From positions 24,314,437 through 24,378,360 of the forward strand of contig NC_068986.1 in assembly GCF_001194135.2 (NCBI RefSeq): a stretch of 63,924 nt of DNA, given 5' to 3'. Positions 63,821 to 63,924 of the stretch are shown in pieces; position 1 is the stretch's first letter; every line of letters starts with the position of its first letter. A program made the position numbers and the translations under genes. Under the pieces are notes generated by a model that made no database searches, was not told the origin of the DNA, and worked only from the letters and a program-made list of their open reading frames with translations. The DNA is from Octopus bimaculoides (taxonomy: Eukaryota).

Positions 63821-63924
63821 CGAAGAATCGATATATTGCAGCTCCTAAATTTGCATTTACGAGCGGAGATGTCTTGCAACTCAGCAGGCAACTGAAAACT
63901 TAAGGCATGCGCAATCGAAAACTA
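63821..63924 (+). repeat. Direct duplicate of 61220-61323
   Basis: 104 bp with 2 mismatches. Confidence 0.95.

Noticed and set aside
1-63924. CRISPR arrays, rRNA genes, prokaryotic operons or defence systems
   Set aside because: Eukaryotic repeat-rich DNA; the short tandem repeats lack unique spacers and no such ORFs are present

Overview
AT-rich eukaryotic genomic DNA with many microsatellites ((TA)n, (CA/TG)n, (ATT)n, (GATA)n) and many N gaps. The SINE families and overall repeat landscape look like an Octopus-type cephalopod genome; this is inferred from recalled repeat sequences, not from a search. No host protein-coding gene, rRNA, clear functional tRNA gene or CRISPR array can be supported, so the window is probably intronic or intergenic. 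Most ORFs in the track are artefacts of microsatellites or gaps. The recognisable content is a nested set of decayed mobile elements: five mariner relics (one near full length), two R4/Dong-like restriction-like-endonuclease LINE fragments tied to (TAA)n tracts, an RTE-like 3' end, Penelope-like (PLE) relics including a GIY-YIG domain, several tRNA-derived SINE families, a MITE, a Helitron-type terminus and a degenerate triple C2H2 zinc-finger fragment. The best lead is at 55225-55490: a compact element made of a perfect 18-bp 5' fold-back, a tRNA-like Pol III head and an apparently intact minimal type I hammerhead ribozyme of the dimer-acting PLE type. Two further degenerate hammerhead-like motifs lie at about 6750 and 16460. 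Other leads are a tandem, partly inverted array of tRNA-like units (45668-46960), a ~400-bp fold-back (38214-38612) and interstitial telomere-like repeats.
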